This document shows, in pieces, positions 26,110 through 37,989 of a DNA stretch of 64,000 nt (its first letter is position 1; each line of letters opens with the position of its first letter). Source of the DNA: Adineta vaga. Its lineage: Eukaryota > Animalia > Rotifera. The position numbers and the translations under genes were made by a program. The stretch is taken from contig CP075494.1 of assembly GCA_021613535.1 (NCBI GenBank), positions 7,936,001 to 8,000,000 on the forward strand, given 5' to 3'. The notes under the pieces are model-generated. The model saw nothing but the letters and a program-made list of their open reading frames with translations. It made no database searches and was not told the DNA's origin.

Positions 26110-26336
26110 AATCAAAACAAAAAGAAATCTTCAGATTTTGCTCTTCACTTTCATTTCACCGTTGTATTTGCTTTTTTTATTCACTTTATATGCAATATCT
26201 TCTTCGCTTGTCATACTTCTTTTGCACCATTTGGAATTTTTTCTGTTTTTTTACTATTATCGTCTCACTTGTCTAACTATTTATGCGATGATGAATGAAT
26301 TCTTGAAAATTTTGGTCTCTCGTTTTTATCCTATAG

Positions 26337-27129
26337 AATTGAAACGTGTATGCATTGTTGAACAAGACATTTTAACAGATACTTCAGCATTTTCATTCGA
26401 AAAAAAAGAAGATGATTCTCCAATTGAGAACATTTTCGATTGGAATGATATCAATCTGGAAGATTTATTAGAAATTTATAAACTAAATTGGAATGATTTC
26501 TTTGAAGAATCGATAAAATTTACTTGTCAAAAGAAGTCATGTCATCATCGAAATGAAATTATACACAATGAGAAGGAAGAGAATCTAACGAAATTAGAAG
26601 AAATCGAGAGTAAATTTTCAATCTATCTATTACAAACATCTCTCATATAATGAAATTAGGAGGAGAATCGTATGAAAATGAATATTACACTTCATCATCA
26701 TGTCCATGCGATATAGATTTCAATGATGATCATCAACCAATAGTTAAAATTGAATCGAACGAAAAAACAAGCAATCAATTCAGTGATAAATTATCCTCTT
26801 CCTCATCAAACATCGAACAGACAGCAAATCTCTTCGAAGATAGTCAAACAGTACAACACGCTGATTCTACAATCATCCATTTTCTAATTACTGACATACT
26901 TAGCAATCGTTTAACTACTGACAATAACATTTCGAGATCATTATTCAAACTTGATAAAACGACTTCAATTCATTCATTACCTTTGCTTTCATCGAAATCA
27001 TCAACAAAAAGTTTCATTTTTGAAAAAACTACATCTCAATATCATACATTAGGCAAGCATGAAAATTGGATAGCTAATGCTAGTGCATCATATATTCATC
27101 CATGTTCATCGTTTTCCACTGCGAAATAA
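26337..27129 (+). other. Ser/Glu-rich ORF segments: possible alternative 3' exon(s) of the DUF4795 gene, or an orphan gene
   Basis: Acceptor cctatag| at 26336 is frame-compatible with donor aaag|gtagaa at 25864. Open frames 26337-26650 and 26650-27129. Confidence 0.35.
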
Positions 27130-29466
27130 TCAACATATGATGACATATGAAAGTCAATCGATAGAGGATAGATGATGTATTGTTTTGTGTTCAATAAGAA
27201 AATGATAGAAACGATTAAAACACTTATCATACTTGAAGCAATCAATGATTGAAGATCACTACGTCGTTGACTAACAAGATGCAATAAACTTTCCTAGATG
27301 TAATTCTATATAAATAATTCATTATTTTTTCACACTTTTAAACAACTCATTCGCACTTGTCCTGTTCGTTAAACGATATTTCTTTCATTCAATTCATGTA
27401 TTGTTTTATTCTTCATCTAAGCTTGTTTCGTTTTTGTTTTGTTAGAAAGAAAACAATAAACTAACTCTTCAATTCCTCATCAATGTCCTGTCAATCAATT
27501 CTTTTTCTCTTGAGGTGACATAAGATTTTCTCAAGGAAATGAACAATAGTTTATCATCTTATTCACATTACATGGGACAAAATCAAGAGGCATGTCTCGT
27601 GCTTTAGCATTGTCGATGACATAATCGAAAGTAACTTTAGCAATATCTTCATCTGTAAGTGATGATCATTTGAACGCGTGTATGCACGCACTTAGTCAAC
27701 CAAATATTTATTCAGTCAATCATCTGCATAATCTTTTGATCTCTTTAGAAAGAAAAAAAGAATTGAATGCCTTGATTCTTACTGATTCGATTGGTGAACA
27801 ATAACAAATCGAACCAATGAGAAAAAGAAAACGTTCTCATAACAACCATCTGTTAACTATTCGAATGACAAACTTCAAACAAGACGAGTCACTAGATGGT
27901 AAATAATCTATCGGAGATATCTAGATTTATAACAAACAGAAGAAAAAAATTAATCAAATCATATGAACCGTTGACAAACGAAAGCATGTTTATTTTTCGG
28001 TTTGATCAGTTCTCATTATCATAATGATCAAAGTAAATAATATTTTACAAATGAATGAGTAAATAACAAACTAACTCGATAGGTTATACTGATTGAAAAT
28101 AAAATATTGACAATGGAAGATACGAAAATGATATTGTATCTTTACGTTGATCTTTTTTCAAGATTTATCGATTGCTTTCGTTTCTTGTTGTGTCATACTT
28201 AAATGTCCCTGAAGGGAAAATATTCCGACAAACGAAAAAACAAATACTACATCTCTGCATGACAGTCATCGAATCATCGTTGTTTTCTTCCTATATTCTT
28301 TAACTATTTTCAAGAGTCTTATCATTTGATTCATCAAAAAAAATAAAAATCAAACTGATTTCGAATAGAAAAAGAAAAAAGCGACAAACGTTAGAAAGGA
28401 AACATATTAATATCATCCATTCGATGGTTAGTACTTCCGCTGTTTGATGCCACATATTGCATCTGATGCAATCAATACATAGATGAATATCTTCTCACAT
28501 TATAAACGTCTGTGAGTAGCACTTAGAAGTGATCGGTTAAAGAATAAAAAGAAGAAAGAAAGGATGATGATGATGACTATGATGTGGTGGTGATGATGAT
28601 GATGTCCAGAAACAAGCAACAGTTGTCGTTTGACACATTGTCTTGATCGAATGCATCGTTGAACAAGACTGAAAAGTAGGTGTGAGGAATCTTTCCAATC
28701 AATCGAGAAGAAGAAAAAGGAGGAGAAGACAAGCTGTCACTAGTACAAGTGTTCAGATACTTGACCTAACGTTTTTCGTCTGATCTTTTCCGAGATGCAT
28801 CATCTCACATGTGACAGTCGATAAAAAAACACATATTACGGGCGGCAATCATCCTCATATAAGTCAGATATAAAGTGAAAGATAGATAGAGAGAAGGAAG
28901 AAAACGATCTAGTCATTTATCTTCCTTAGTATTATCACGCAAACTCCAGTAAGTAACTTTAATCAAGTTTTGCCTATGGGCTTGAGCGGCATTTATTGTT
29001 TTCATTGTAAATTCAAGTGAATTAACGAACATTTTAACACTATTTTGATAAAGAGAAAAACAAAATTTGATGGAGGGGAGGCATTGACAAAAGTCTCAAT
29101 TTCCTTTTTTTCCGCCTATACCTTTTCTCGAAAGGCGTGTCTTCTCATTTTCTTTTTTTTGTCTGCCAGTCAAGACAATTAGTTTCGCATGTATACACCT
29201 TTCAATGATGAGATTGCAATTCGTATATACGAATCAATCATTCGAGTGCTGTGTTAATGATACGTTGGACAGGAGAAAGAGAAAAAGAGAAGGAGAGAAA
29301 AAAACGGCAGCAGCATTGCTAATGAATGAACGAGAAAAGAAGAGAGAAAGAGAAGAAGAAAAGTCTAACGTTCGAACGGCGGAAACATGGGTCATTCGTT
29401 GAATGTTCATTACTTGAAATGAATTGATATTTTCCTTTCTATATTTATATACATATATTCCTAGGA

Positions 29467-30302
29467 ATGAAACTTCGTTCACATGAGATCCTTTCTACGA
29501 CTAAACATCCTATTCATTCACCAAATCCATCACGATTCAAACAATTATTTCAACGAAAAAATCTATTCAAAAAAAAATTTCAACAACAACCACAGCATCA
29601 TGGAATTATTCATTCTATTCCTGATTATGTTCGAAAAAGTGTCTTTCGATTTCTCTTAGAAGTTAAATCACCGTCTCCACCTCCATCTCACGAACGGTTC
29701 GTCAACAACCAATGATGGGCATTCAAGCATTAAAAACAAAAACTCAACCAAAACGTTCTCCACGACTAAGGTAAGATTAACATGAATTATCTTCCGGCAT
29801 TATTTTATATCTTTAGACAACAACATCAACAACAGTCACCGATTGTTGATAAGAATAAATCTTTCGAAGATTATCAACAACAACAACGACAGCAGCAGCA
29901 GCAGCAACAGAATAACTATGATATGACAATTTTACATATGAATCTTGATGATGATGATGATGATGATGAAGATGACGATGATAGTTTAATATTTGCCACA
30001 AAAACAAGTACCAATCAAAAGAAGCCAATACCACAATGGGCAAGAAGTAAATAACATTGATCAATCTTTCTTTGAAAACGTATCTTTTCTTTGAATTTGA
30101 TTTTTTAGAAAATGAATTACAGATTGCTATTTGTAATCAATTGTACTTTCATCGAAATCCAAGTGAAATTTTCGGAAATACGATGGATTGTTCTCCGGCA
30201 CATCTACGCACTATTCTTCATTCTATGTTACCAAAGGTGCAATTACTGGACGATAATTTTCAACAATCGTTGAACAATAGTAACAGATCTCTGTTGATTT
30301 AA
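29467..30302 (+). CDS. Short INCENP IN-box (Aurora-binding) domain protein with an apparent 1-nt frameshift
   Basis: 'NNYDMTILHMNLDDDDD...KKPIPQWAR|...ELQIAICNQLY...NPSEIFG' matches the IN-box pattern. Frame break near 29690. Confidence 0.65.
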
Positions 30303-31514
30303 TTCTTCAATTTTTCTTGTTTCAGTGTTTTCTTCTGATTATATTATGTAAATATATATATTGAAGAAGAAAAACCGAGATGGACTTTTTGATTTTATTC
30401 ACACATTTCTATTTACCGGATTGACGGCGGTATTGAGTGAACACGCCTTTGACACCATCACAGAGAAACGAAAGAGAAAAAACAACAACAAAACATTTTC
30501 CCAATATTCCATCAGACAATAAGTTACAAATGAACTGAAAAGATATATATATATATCCATTAGATGTGTAAACATTAATCGTGTGAAGAAAATGAAAAGA
30601 AAAAATTGCTCACTAATCATTAAGCCTATGGCAGAAATCGTATGGATCATTGAAGGTTGACCATTTTCAGTATTGTTAAGCTAGATTGATCTATTATAAA
30701 GCAAAAGCAAAGTGAAACCGTTGTTTTTTTTCTCATGGACAAAACAGATATGGAGGAAAATAAACGATCAGAAAAAGTCTATTGACTACAAATAAGTCTG
30801 AGAATTTCAACCATCGGTTTCTAATCAATCATAATGAATTATTAAATAAAGAGAAGATTAAATGACACAAAAAAAGAAGTTTATTAAAACTTGCCGCATT
30901 GTAATTATTGATGTTTGATATTGTCAACTGAAGTGTACTTGATCTGTATTTGTTTTTGTCAAATATATTCATATATACAAGTTTTGATCTAATTATTGAC
31001 AGTATGGATATTTGAAAAAATCAACAGATTGTCATCAATAGATAACAATTCAATCTTTGATAGAATTTTCATTTAAACAAATTATTTAATTCATTCTATT
31101 AGTAATGCTGTTTTTCCGTATCTAAACACGTGTCAATTAATTCTAATAAAATAAGTGACAGTAAGAAAACAGTATATATATTCAAAACAAAATGACACAT
31201 TTCACACTGAATGAGTCAAGTGTGTCCACTTCCGACTACAAAGGAATGTCCTGTTGATAAGCGCTAAGAAAAACAATCATCGTTATAGGCAGACAGGAAA
31301 AGACACATATATTTCAAATAGATGCTGTGTCATCACAGAGAAAAAAACGAATCATTATTTCTATCAACAAACAACTAAATCGGTTCAGTTTCTTCTTTAA
31401 TGATTGAAGAACATGCAAAAACTTTTGTTACTGGTATGACGAAATAATAAAGTAGATGTGTGATTCATCAGATGCACGTCACAGACAGAATTTAAAAAAA
31501 ACGAAAAAAAAATT

Positions 31515-31588
31515 TGGTCCCTATGAGGATCGAACTCATGACCTCCGCGTTATTAGCACGGCGCTCTAACCAGCTGAGCTAAGGGACC
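31515..31588 (-). tRNA. tRNA-Ile (anticodon AAT), copy 1
   Basis: GGTCCCTTAGCTCAGCTGGTTAGAGCGCCGTGCT-AAT-AACGCGGAGGTCATGAGTTCGATCCTCATAGGGACCA folds as a full cloverleaf with A/B boxes and a downstream T-run. Confidence 0.97.
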
Positions 31589-31721
31589 ACGTCAATATTC
31601 TTACTGGAGCCCAAGCGAGATTTTATCAGATATAAACCAATAGAATCAGATTATGTATGCGTTTGCTAGAATGTAATTTTATTACGAAAACAAGAAAAAA
31701 AATGTGAATATAGAATGCTGT

Positions 31722-31826
31722 TTATTGCTTAGACCAGAACTTTTCAAGAACAGGACCAATAACAGTAAATTGTGGCGCTGGTAGAAGCGGTAGACAAGAT
31801 AAGAGATCGTCGAAGCCTGTATGTTT
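31722..31826 (-). other. Duplicated terminal exon of the deaminase gene (copy A)
   Basis: tttttttag|KHTGFDDLLSCLPLLPAPQFTVIGPVLEKFWSKQ*; in-frame 24-nt deletion relative to 33369-33497. Confidence 0.85.
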
Positions 31827-31837
31827 CTAAAAAAATT

Positions 31838-31911
31838 TGGTCCCTATGAGGATCGAACTCATGACCTCCGCGTTATTAGCACGGCGCTCTAACCAGCTGA
31901 GCTAAGGGACC
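31838..31911 (-). tRNA. tRNA-Ile (AAT), copy 2
   Basis: Identical to copy 1, 323 bp away. Confidence 0.97.
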
Positions 31912-32043
31912 ACGTCAATATTCTTACTGGAGCCCAAGCGAGATTCTATCAGATAAAACCAATAGAATCAGATTATGTATGCGTTTGCTAGAATGTAATT
32001 TTATTACGAAAACAAGAAAAAAAACATGAATATAGAACGCTGT

Positions 32044-32148
32044 TTATTGCTTAGACCAGAACTTTTCAAGAACAGGACCAATAACAGTAAATTGTGGCGC
32101 TGGTAGAAGCGGTAGACAAGATAAGAGATCGTCGAAGCCTGCATGTTT
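32044..32148 (-). other. Duplicated terminal exon of the deaminase gene (copy B)
   Basis: tttttttag|KHAGFDDLLSCLPLLPAPQFTVIGPVLEKFWSKQ*; same 24-nt deletion. Confidence 0.85.
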
Positions 32149-32159
32149 CTAAAAAAATT

Positions 32160-32233
32160 TGGTCCCTATGAGGATCGAACTCATGACCTCCGCGTTATTA
32201 GCACGGCGCTCTAACCAGCTGAGCTAAGGGACC
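32160..32233 (-). tRNA. tRNA-Ile (AAT), copy 3
   Basis: Identical to copies 1 and 2, 322 bp from copy 2. Confidence 0.97.
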
Positions 32234-32234
32234 A

Positions 32235-33231
32235 CACTGTAGAAAAAAATTGATGTTTTATCGAGCCTAAAAGGTTTTCTATGGGGTACATGAAACCAGT
32301 GAAAATTCTATAACATGTCCACAGAACTAACCAGCGGTTTCACAGTCAGACGATAGGTTTATTCGATTTTCTACTAAACTATTCCTAGTTTCGTAGGCCA
32401 GCTGCTGGTTCAGGATATTTTAAACTAAAGCAAACATGGTCTCGTATAACATATACGAATCTTTAAAAGTTTCGAAAATTCACCAGAAGTTCAGCATGTT
32501 CACTACTAAATTCGTGATGATTCAGTAAATCTCCTACTGATATGACAGATCATTTCCGTTATAAAAGGTTCAGTATAGCGACTGCGAAACGATTATCAAT
32601 TTCGTACAATGGCTAGAGGCTTGGCAGAATTTTTATGAAACTATCTATGGTTTCATAGAATTTATTGAAATATATGAATGTATTCCTATACTTGTAAGTG
32701 GTTTGGAGTAAGTTCTGCGAAAGCGATTACTGACATGGTGAAGATTGTTAGAGTTCATTGAAGTTTCTACCGAATGACTGACAGCCGTCACTGATTCATT
32801 TAACAAACGGGGAGAGTTCAATGAAAGATACGAGTATTGCCATTGGCCGATGTCCATCTGTGAATAGGCCGTCCGGTAGATTCTAGAAATATTCATGCAT
32901 TTTTCATTTCGTTCTCATTTTTTATAGTTTTCAATGATCCGTCATCCATGGCTCTTGGTTTCTAGACTGGAAAACAAATGTCAATCGGTTAAAAACATGT
33001 GGCAGATGTATTCTGAAATTGTTTCTTAGAAAACCTATAAGATGCTCAGTAAAAAGAGGTGTTTTGCCGAACTAAAGATTCGATGAATACAAATAAGGTT
33101 TCGCAGCTATGGAGTGGTACGGAACCTTTTCCCCTGACATTTTCAGCTAAAGCTCTAAATGAAACCATTTGTCTTCGATATCATAAAAGGATCTTCCCAT
33201 GTATCGGAGAGAAGATCCTTTTTTTACAGTG
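32235..33231. mobile_element. Non-autonomous CACTG-ended (CMC/EnSpm-like) DNA transposon, ~997 bp
   Basis: Ends CACTGTAGAAAAAA ... TTTTTTTACAGTG with CA duplicated on both sides. Removing it restores the tRNA 5' flank seen in the other two repeat units. Confidence 0.8.
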
Positions 33232-33368
33232 CATGTTAATATTCATACTCAAATCCAAAATAGATTTTATCAGACAAAGAACAACATAGAATCAGATTAT
33301 GTATACGTTTGCTAGAATGTAATTTTATTGCGAGAACAATAAAAAAAAACATGAATATAGAACGCTGT

Positions 33369-34055
33369 TTATTGCTTAGACCAGAAATTTTCATGAATTA
33401 TCTCCGCTTCATTTTCAAGAACAGGACCAATAACAGTAAATTGTGGTGCTGGTAGAAACGGTAGACAAGATAAGAGACCGTCGAAGCCTGCATGTTTCTA
33501 AAGAAATCAAAAAGCGATTTTCATCATTCTATTCTCTTTCATTTAGTAATCAAATATGCTTTATCATAGATTAGTTTCACTGTTAAATATCTCGTTCGTC
33601 AGTCTTCATTGCTTTAGCTATGATAGAGAAATTCGATATTTTTCTTTCTTATTTGTTTGAAAACCTCTCTATCGAGGCTTATTTCGTTTCTACTGCACAA
33701 TACTTACTCCTAAAGTTTCATTTTGAAGTGCATAAACCATTTTTTGAATGCCGCTCCAACGCAGAGCACCTGTACACATTAAACAAGGTTCACAACTAGT
33801 GTACAGTGTACATTGTTCTAGAATATTTTGACTAAATTTTTGGGTAGCGATACTAATAAGATTTAATTCAGCATGACGAGTAGTATCACCATTAGATGTT
33901 GAAACTGTATTTTCAGCAGTTAGCATTATTTGCCCATCTTTTGAAACTAGACAAGCACCAAATGGATGATTGCCATGTTCGACAGCAGATTTTGAAAGTT
34001 CAATTGCTTTACGAATGAATGGCACATGAATATCATCCATACTTGAAGAAGACAT
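33369..34055 (-). CDS. Zn-dependent nucleoside/nucleobase deaminase (cytidine-deaminase fold, GuaD/TadA-like), 158 aa, two exons
   Basis: Exon 1 (34055-33708) has GNHPFGA, HAE and SCEPCLMC and ends gga|gtaagt. Exon 2 (33497-33369) reads KHAGFDGLLSC...VIGPVLENEAEIIHENFWSKQ*. Confidence 0.9.
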
Positions 34056-34498
34056 CGAATATATTTAAAATAAAGTTGTAGTAAACGCTTATTCTCTCTT
34101 TTAGTATATGAAGTTGATAAAGGATCGATCGATTACCGATGGAGTAGGGTTGTTGGCATAGTGAATCACATGTTCCGTTCTATTGATAAGCATGGTATAG
34201 TATAGTCCAACACTGTGATGCTGACTCATAAGTGTAATGAATATCAGTACGTTAATTTGATACGATTATTTTTCTGTTGCATCTTATTGTAGAATCTTAA
34301 AATTTCTGCAAGTAGATGTCGCTTTCATTTCCTTCTTCTTCAACTATACTATGTCAAAATATATGATTTTCGTTGGATAATATAAAACCAATTGCTTATT
34401 CTCCTGAATGCAGAGTAAACCATACAACTGCTCTCAATTTTGAGTGCATTTTTTGAAAAAGTGTTTCGTTTGATACCTGCAAGGTGAAGTGATTGAGT

Positions 34499-36431
34499 AT
34501 GTATTTACGGCATGTTTTATTGAACTTGAAATCGATTGTTCATTTACGTCCTCAGGTAATTCATTTGTTTAACGATTCCTAATATGTTACTTTTCATTTT
34601 TTAATTTCGAACATTTAGACTATTGATAAATTTATTCATCGTTCTTTGTCACATCAAATCAATAAACATGAAAAGAAAATAAATGTTAAAAAAGCTTCTG
34701 TTGACAATGAAGATGATAAACCAGACAAAGAAGATGTGAATGCAGTGATAGAAACGAAAGGAGCACGAAAAGAACGTGAGAAAGCTGAATGGGAACGATT
34801 ATCTTTTGTTGAGAAAATAGTAAAGAAATATTTACCATCACAAATTAATTCAATTGCTATTTTTGTAAGTCATTGTTTCTTTTGATTTCGTATTTCGAAA
34901 CGAAAATCAAATGTCGATTAGGTTGTTTTGGGTATTGGTTATGTTATTTTTGAGCAAATTAAAAATGATTATGAAATCAAACATACATTCCGAAATGGTT
35001 CATGTCCAAATTTTAAAATTAAAGAAGAACAATTATTGGAACGAAGCGAATTATTAAGTAAACTGATGTCTGTCGTAACGCCTGTTCCAGATAAACTTGT
35101 TTCATCCTATTATATCATCGTTGGTGATCATGGAACCGGGTAATTAGTAACGATAATTTGTTGTTCAACAATGATGAAAATGAATTGTTCATGTATAGAA
35201 AAACAACATTGATTCGTCAAGCAGCACGAAAAGCTGGTCGTGGTGTTATTTATGTTGATGGTTTTTGATTAAATTATGCATAACCAAAGACTACTTCATG
35301 ATTCTTTCTAGTTCCATCAAATACGGAAAAATTTGGCTTTGCTTTTGCTCGTGCAATCCGGTTCAATTTTAAGGAACATCTTCGTCTATCAAATTGGATC
35401 GAATCAAAAATGTTTGGTTCACCGCCTGATGATGGCAAGATATATGATAGTTTCGTCTTTCTTTGTTTTTCTGATAGATTCATTCTTTCTAGGAAAAGAA
35501 GCCAGTTGGGAACGTGTTTTGATTTCATTTCAAAAATATGCGATTGATTTTAAGAAAAGACACGGTTGTGTACCTGTCTTAATCTTTGATAATTGTGATT
35601 CATTAGCAAAAAAAGATATAAAAATGCTGGAAATCTTGCAAGATACAGCCAAAACAGCCATTGATGATTCAACATGGGTAACAGTATTTGTTGGATCTGT
35701 GGGTGAAGCACCGGAACAAATGGAAGGTATGTAACAATTCTTAGGACACATTTGAAGGATCTCTTAAAAATGATAGTTTAGTTCGGAAAATTATTGTTGA
35801 TAGATGGTGGATTGTCGTATGATAAAATATGTTTTCTTTTTCAGGTCGAAGTAGTATTACTCGTGCGTCATCATTTATTGAAATACCAGATATAAGTGAA
35901 AAAGAAGCAATGAAGTATTTAACCGAACAAAGAAGTCTTTCGAAAGATATGGCAAAAGAGTTGTATGGACTATTTGGTGGGCGTTTAAAAACTTTACAAA
36001 ATGCTGCAACTAAAATTGAAAGTGGTATACCATATGATCGTATGTTTAAATGATGATTTTCGAAAGTAAATGCAAATTTATTCTTCTCCTCTTATTTAGA
36101 AATTCGTGCAGCCACTTTAAATGACATTTATCGTCGAATTGAAAAACTTCGATGTCGCGCGACGAGTCAAGAAGAAGCTTTTATTTTCAATATTCTTTGC
36201 GGTTTATTACATCGATCTGAATTAACAGTTGATGAATTAATTCATATGGAAAGTGACGCGACTATTCGATATAAGATTTTAGAAGATCTTCGGAACGAAA
36301 CACTTGTCACTCGAATGTTGTCGAAAGGTGCCTATGTATTCCATGGACAATCGACGAAAGTTTGTGTCCAAGAATATTATAAAGAAAAGAAATGTTTTCA
36401 TTGTAAATCAATCAAAGATATGAAATTTTGA
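34499..36431 (+). CDS. P-loop ATPase (ATPase_2/AAA_16-like) with an N-terminal transit-like peptide and one TM helix
   Basis: MYLRHVLLNLK... start; hydrophobic 'SIAIFVVLGIGYVIF'; Walker A 'IVGDHGTG|KTT' split by an intron; Walker B 'VLIFDNCD'; 'LFGGRLKTL'. Confidence 0.8.
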
Positions 36432-36992
36432 ACCATCTATTATCTATTTCGAACTTTTTCTTTGTTTTTCGTAATATTTTTATGCAATATTTCATACTGT
36501 AAACAGATCATTCTATGAAGAGATTAGAACAATAATAATATTCCAGCGACATAAATTAATCTAGCCTTGAATCTCATCTACAGTTGAATAAATACATTTC
36601 ATCAAAACAAAAACTATCATTTTTGATAAATATTAAATTCAATCAGGTTCACAAAAAAAATTCTAGTCTCTAAATATTTATAGCTTTATATTGATTGACT
36701 GATAAAATGTTATTTACGTATATTTCTGATAGATGACGACATATGATCTGTATTTTGTTTTTTCGCCATTCGTCCACTTCATGGTATTTACTAGACGAAG
36801 AGAAAGAAATGGTCGTCGTCCGCGAACTGCGAAAGATTAAAATTACGCGAAGATAAAGAAAACATTGTAAACAAGCACACATACACGTATATAATCGACA
36901 CTGTGTTTTGCTCTCAGAATAAATAACAAGTATGTTCGTGTTCAGATTTTAGAGAAAGAAACGAAAAATTAAACTAAAATTTCATTTTAAGG

Positions 36993-37989
36993 ATGTTGTC
37001 AACAGAATCTCAAGCACAAAATCAACAACAACAATCAACTGCTTATGATGAACGTGTCTTTAACGAACGTATTCGTCAATTATTTAATCCGATCGATTCA
37101 TCTTTATCGCCCAATGATGATATTGGACAAATGACGTCCATTGTCGATGCACTTTTTCCAGAACAAGCTACAATGTATCAACAACAAAAACAACGTGATC
37201 AACGTCATGCGTCAACGAATGATCTAACTACTTCTTTCGATCGATTTCCATTGTGGAGTACAAATACGAATACGAATACGAATACGACTAGTAGCAATAG
37301 TTCAGCATCGGCTTTTTGTGGTGGTACAACAAGTGGGTCATCAGCATTTGCTAATCGACGCCAAGCAAAATTACATAGTTCAACACGTTCATTACGTAAT
37401 GGAAATTATCATCAACAACAACAATCGCAACAGCAACAACATCATTATCGACCACCACCACTTACTCGACCTCGTTTTACTTCATCAACAATACGTATAC
37501 CATCAGCAGCTGCAACGTAAACTTTTGTATCGAAAGATTCTTCATTCAAACTAATTTTTCTTCTCATATTTCAGAACTATTCCCAATGGTACTAGCAGCA
37601 CTAATGGTCTTCAACGATCATCATCTTCACTTTCGACGAATGCTGCTACCAATGGTACAACTGAATATCAACCTCGTTTTGCTAGTCGTCTTTCTAGTAC
37701 TCGTTTACCAACAGTTGCACCACCTGTTGGATCTCATGATCAAATTGCAGGCAATACAACATCAATCGATTCAATTGCTCCACCTTCAACTATTGGTGTT
37801 ATGGGTCAGCCATCATCGGCTTCTGCTGTACTTGCTCGCAGTACCTCATCGACAAATGCTCAACCGCAGCAATTTGTTACTATGACACAAACGACGACAA
37901 CAACATTTTGCTACGTACCAGCATCTGGTTCACTTGCCTACAATGCTTTACCGGGTGCTGCTCGAAGTGCAGCTGTTCCTCATCATTAA
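36993..37989 (+). CDS. Hypothetical Ser/Thr/Gln-rich low-complexity protein, two exons
   Basis: ORF 36993-37516, GT-AG intron, then a second exon from 37576 open to TAA at 37989. Confidence 0.7.

Noticed and set aside
31515-32233. tRNA-derived SINEs
   Set aside because: The three tRNAs are identical perfect cloverleaves with terminators and no tails or TSDs. The spacer is deaminase exon sequence.
33690-34055. Deaminase as an intronless, truncated bacterial contaminant
   Set aside because: A GTAAGT donor at 33707 splices in frame to exon 33497-33369, completing the protein.
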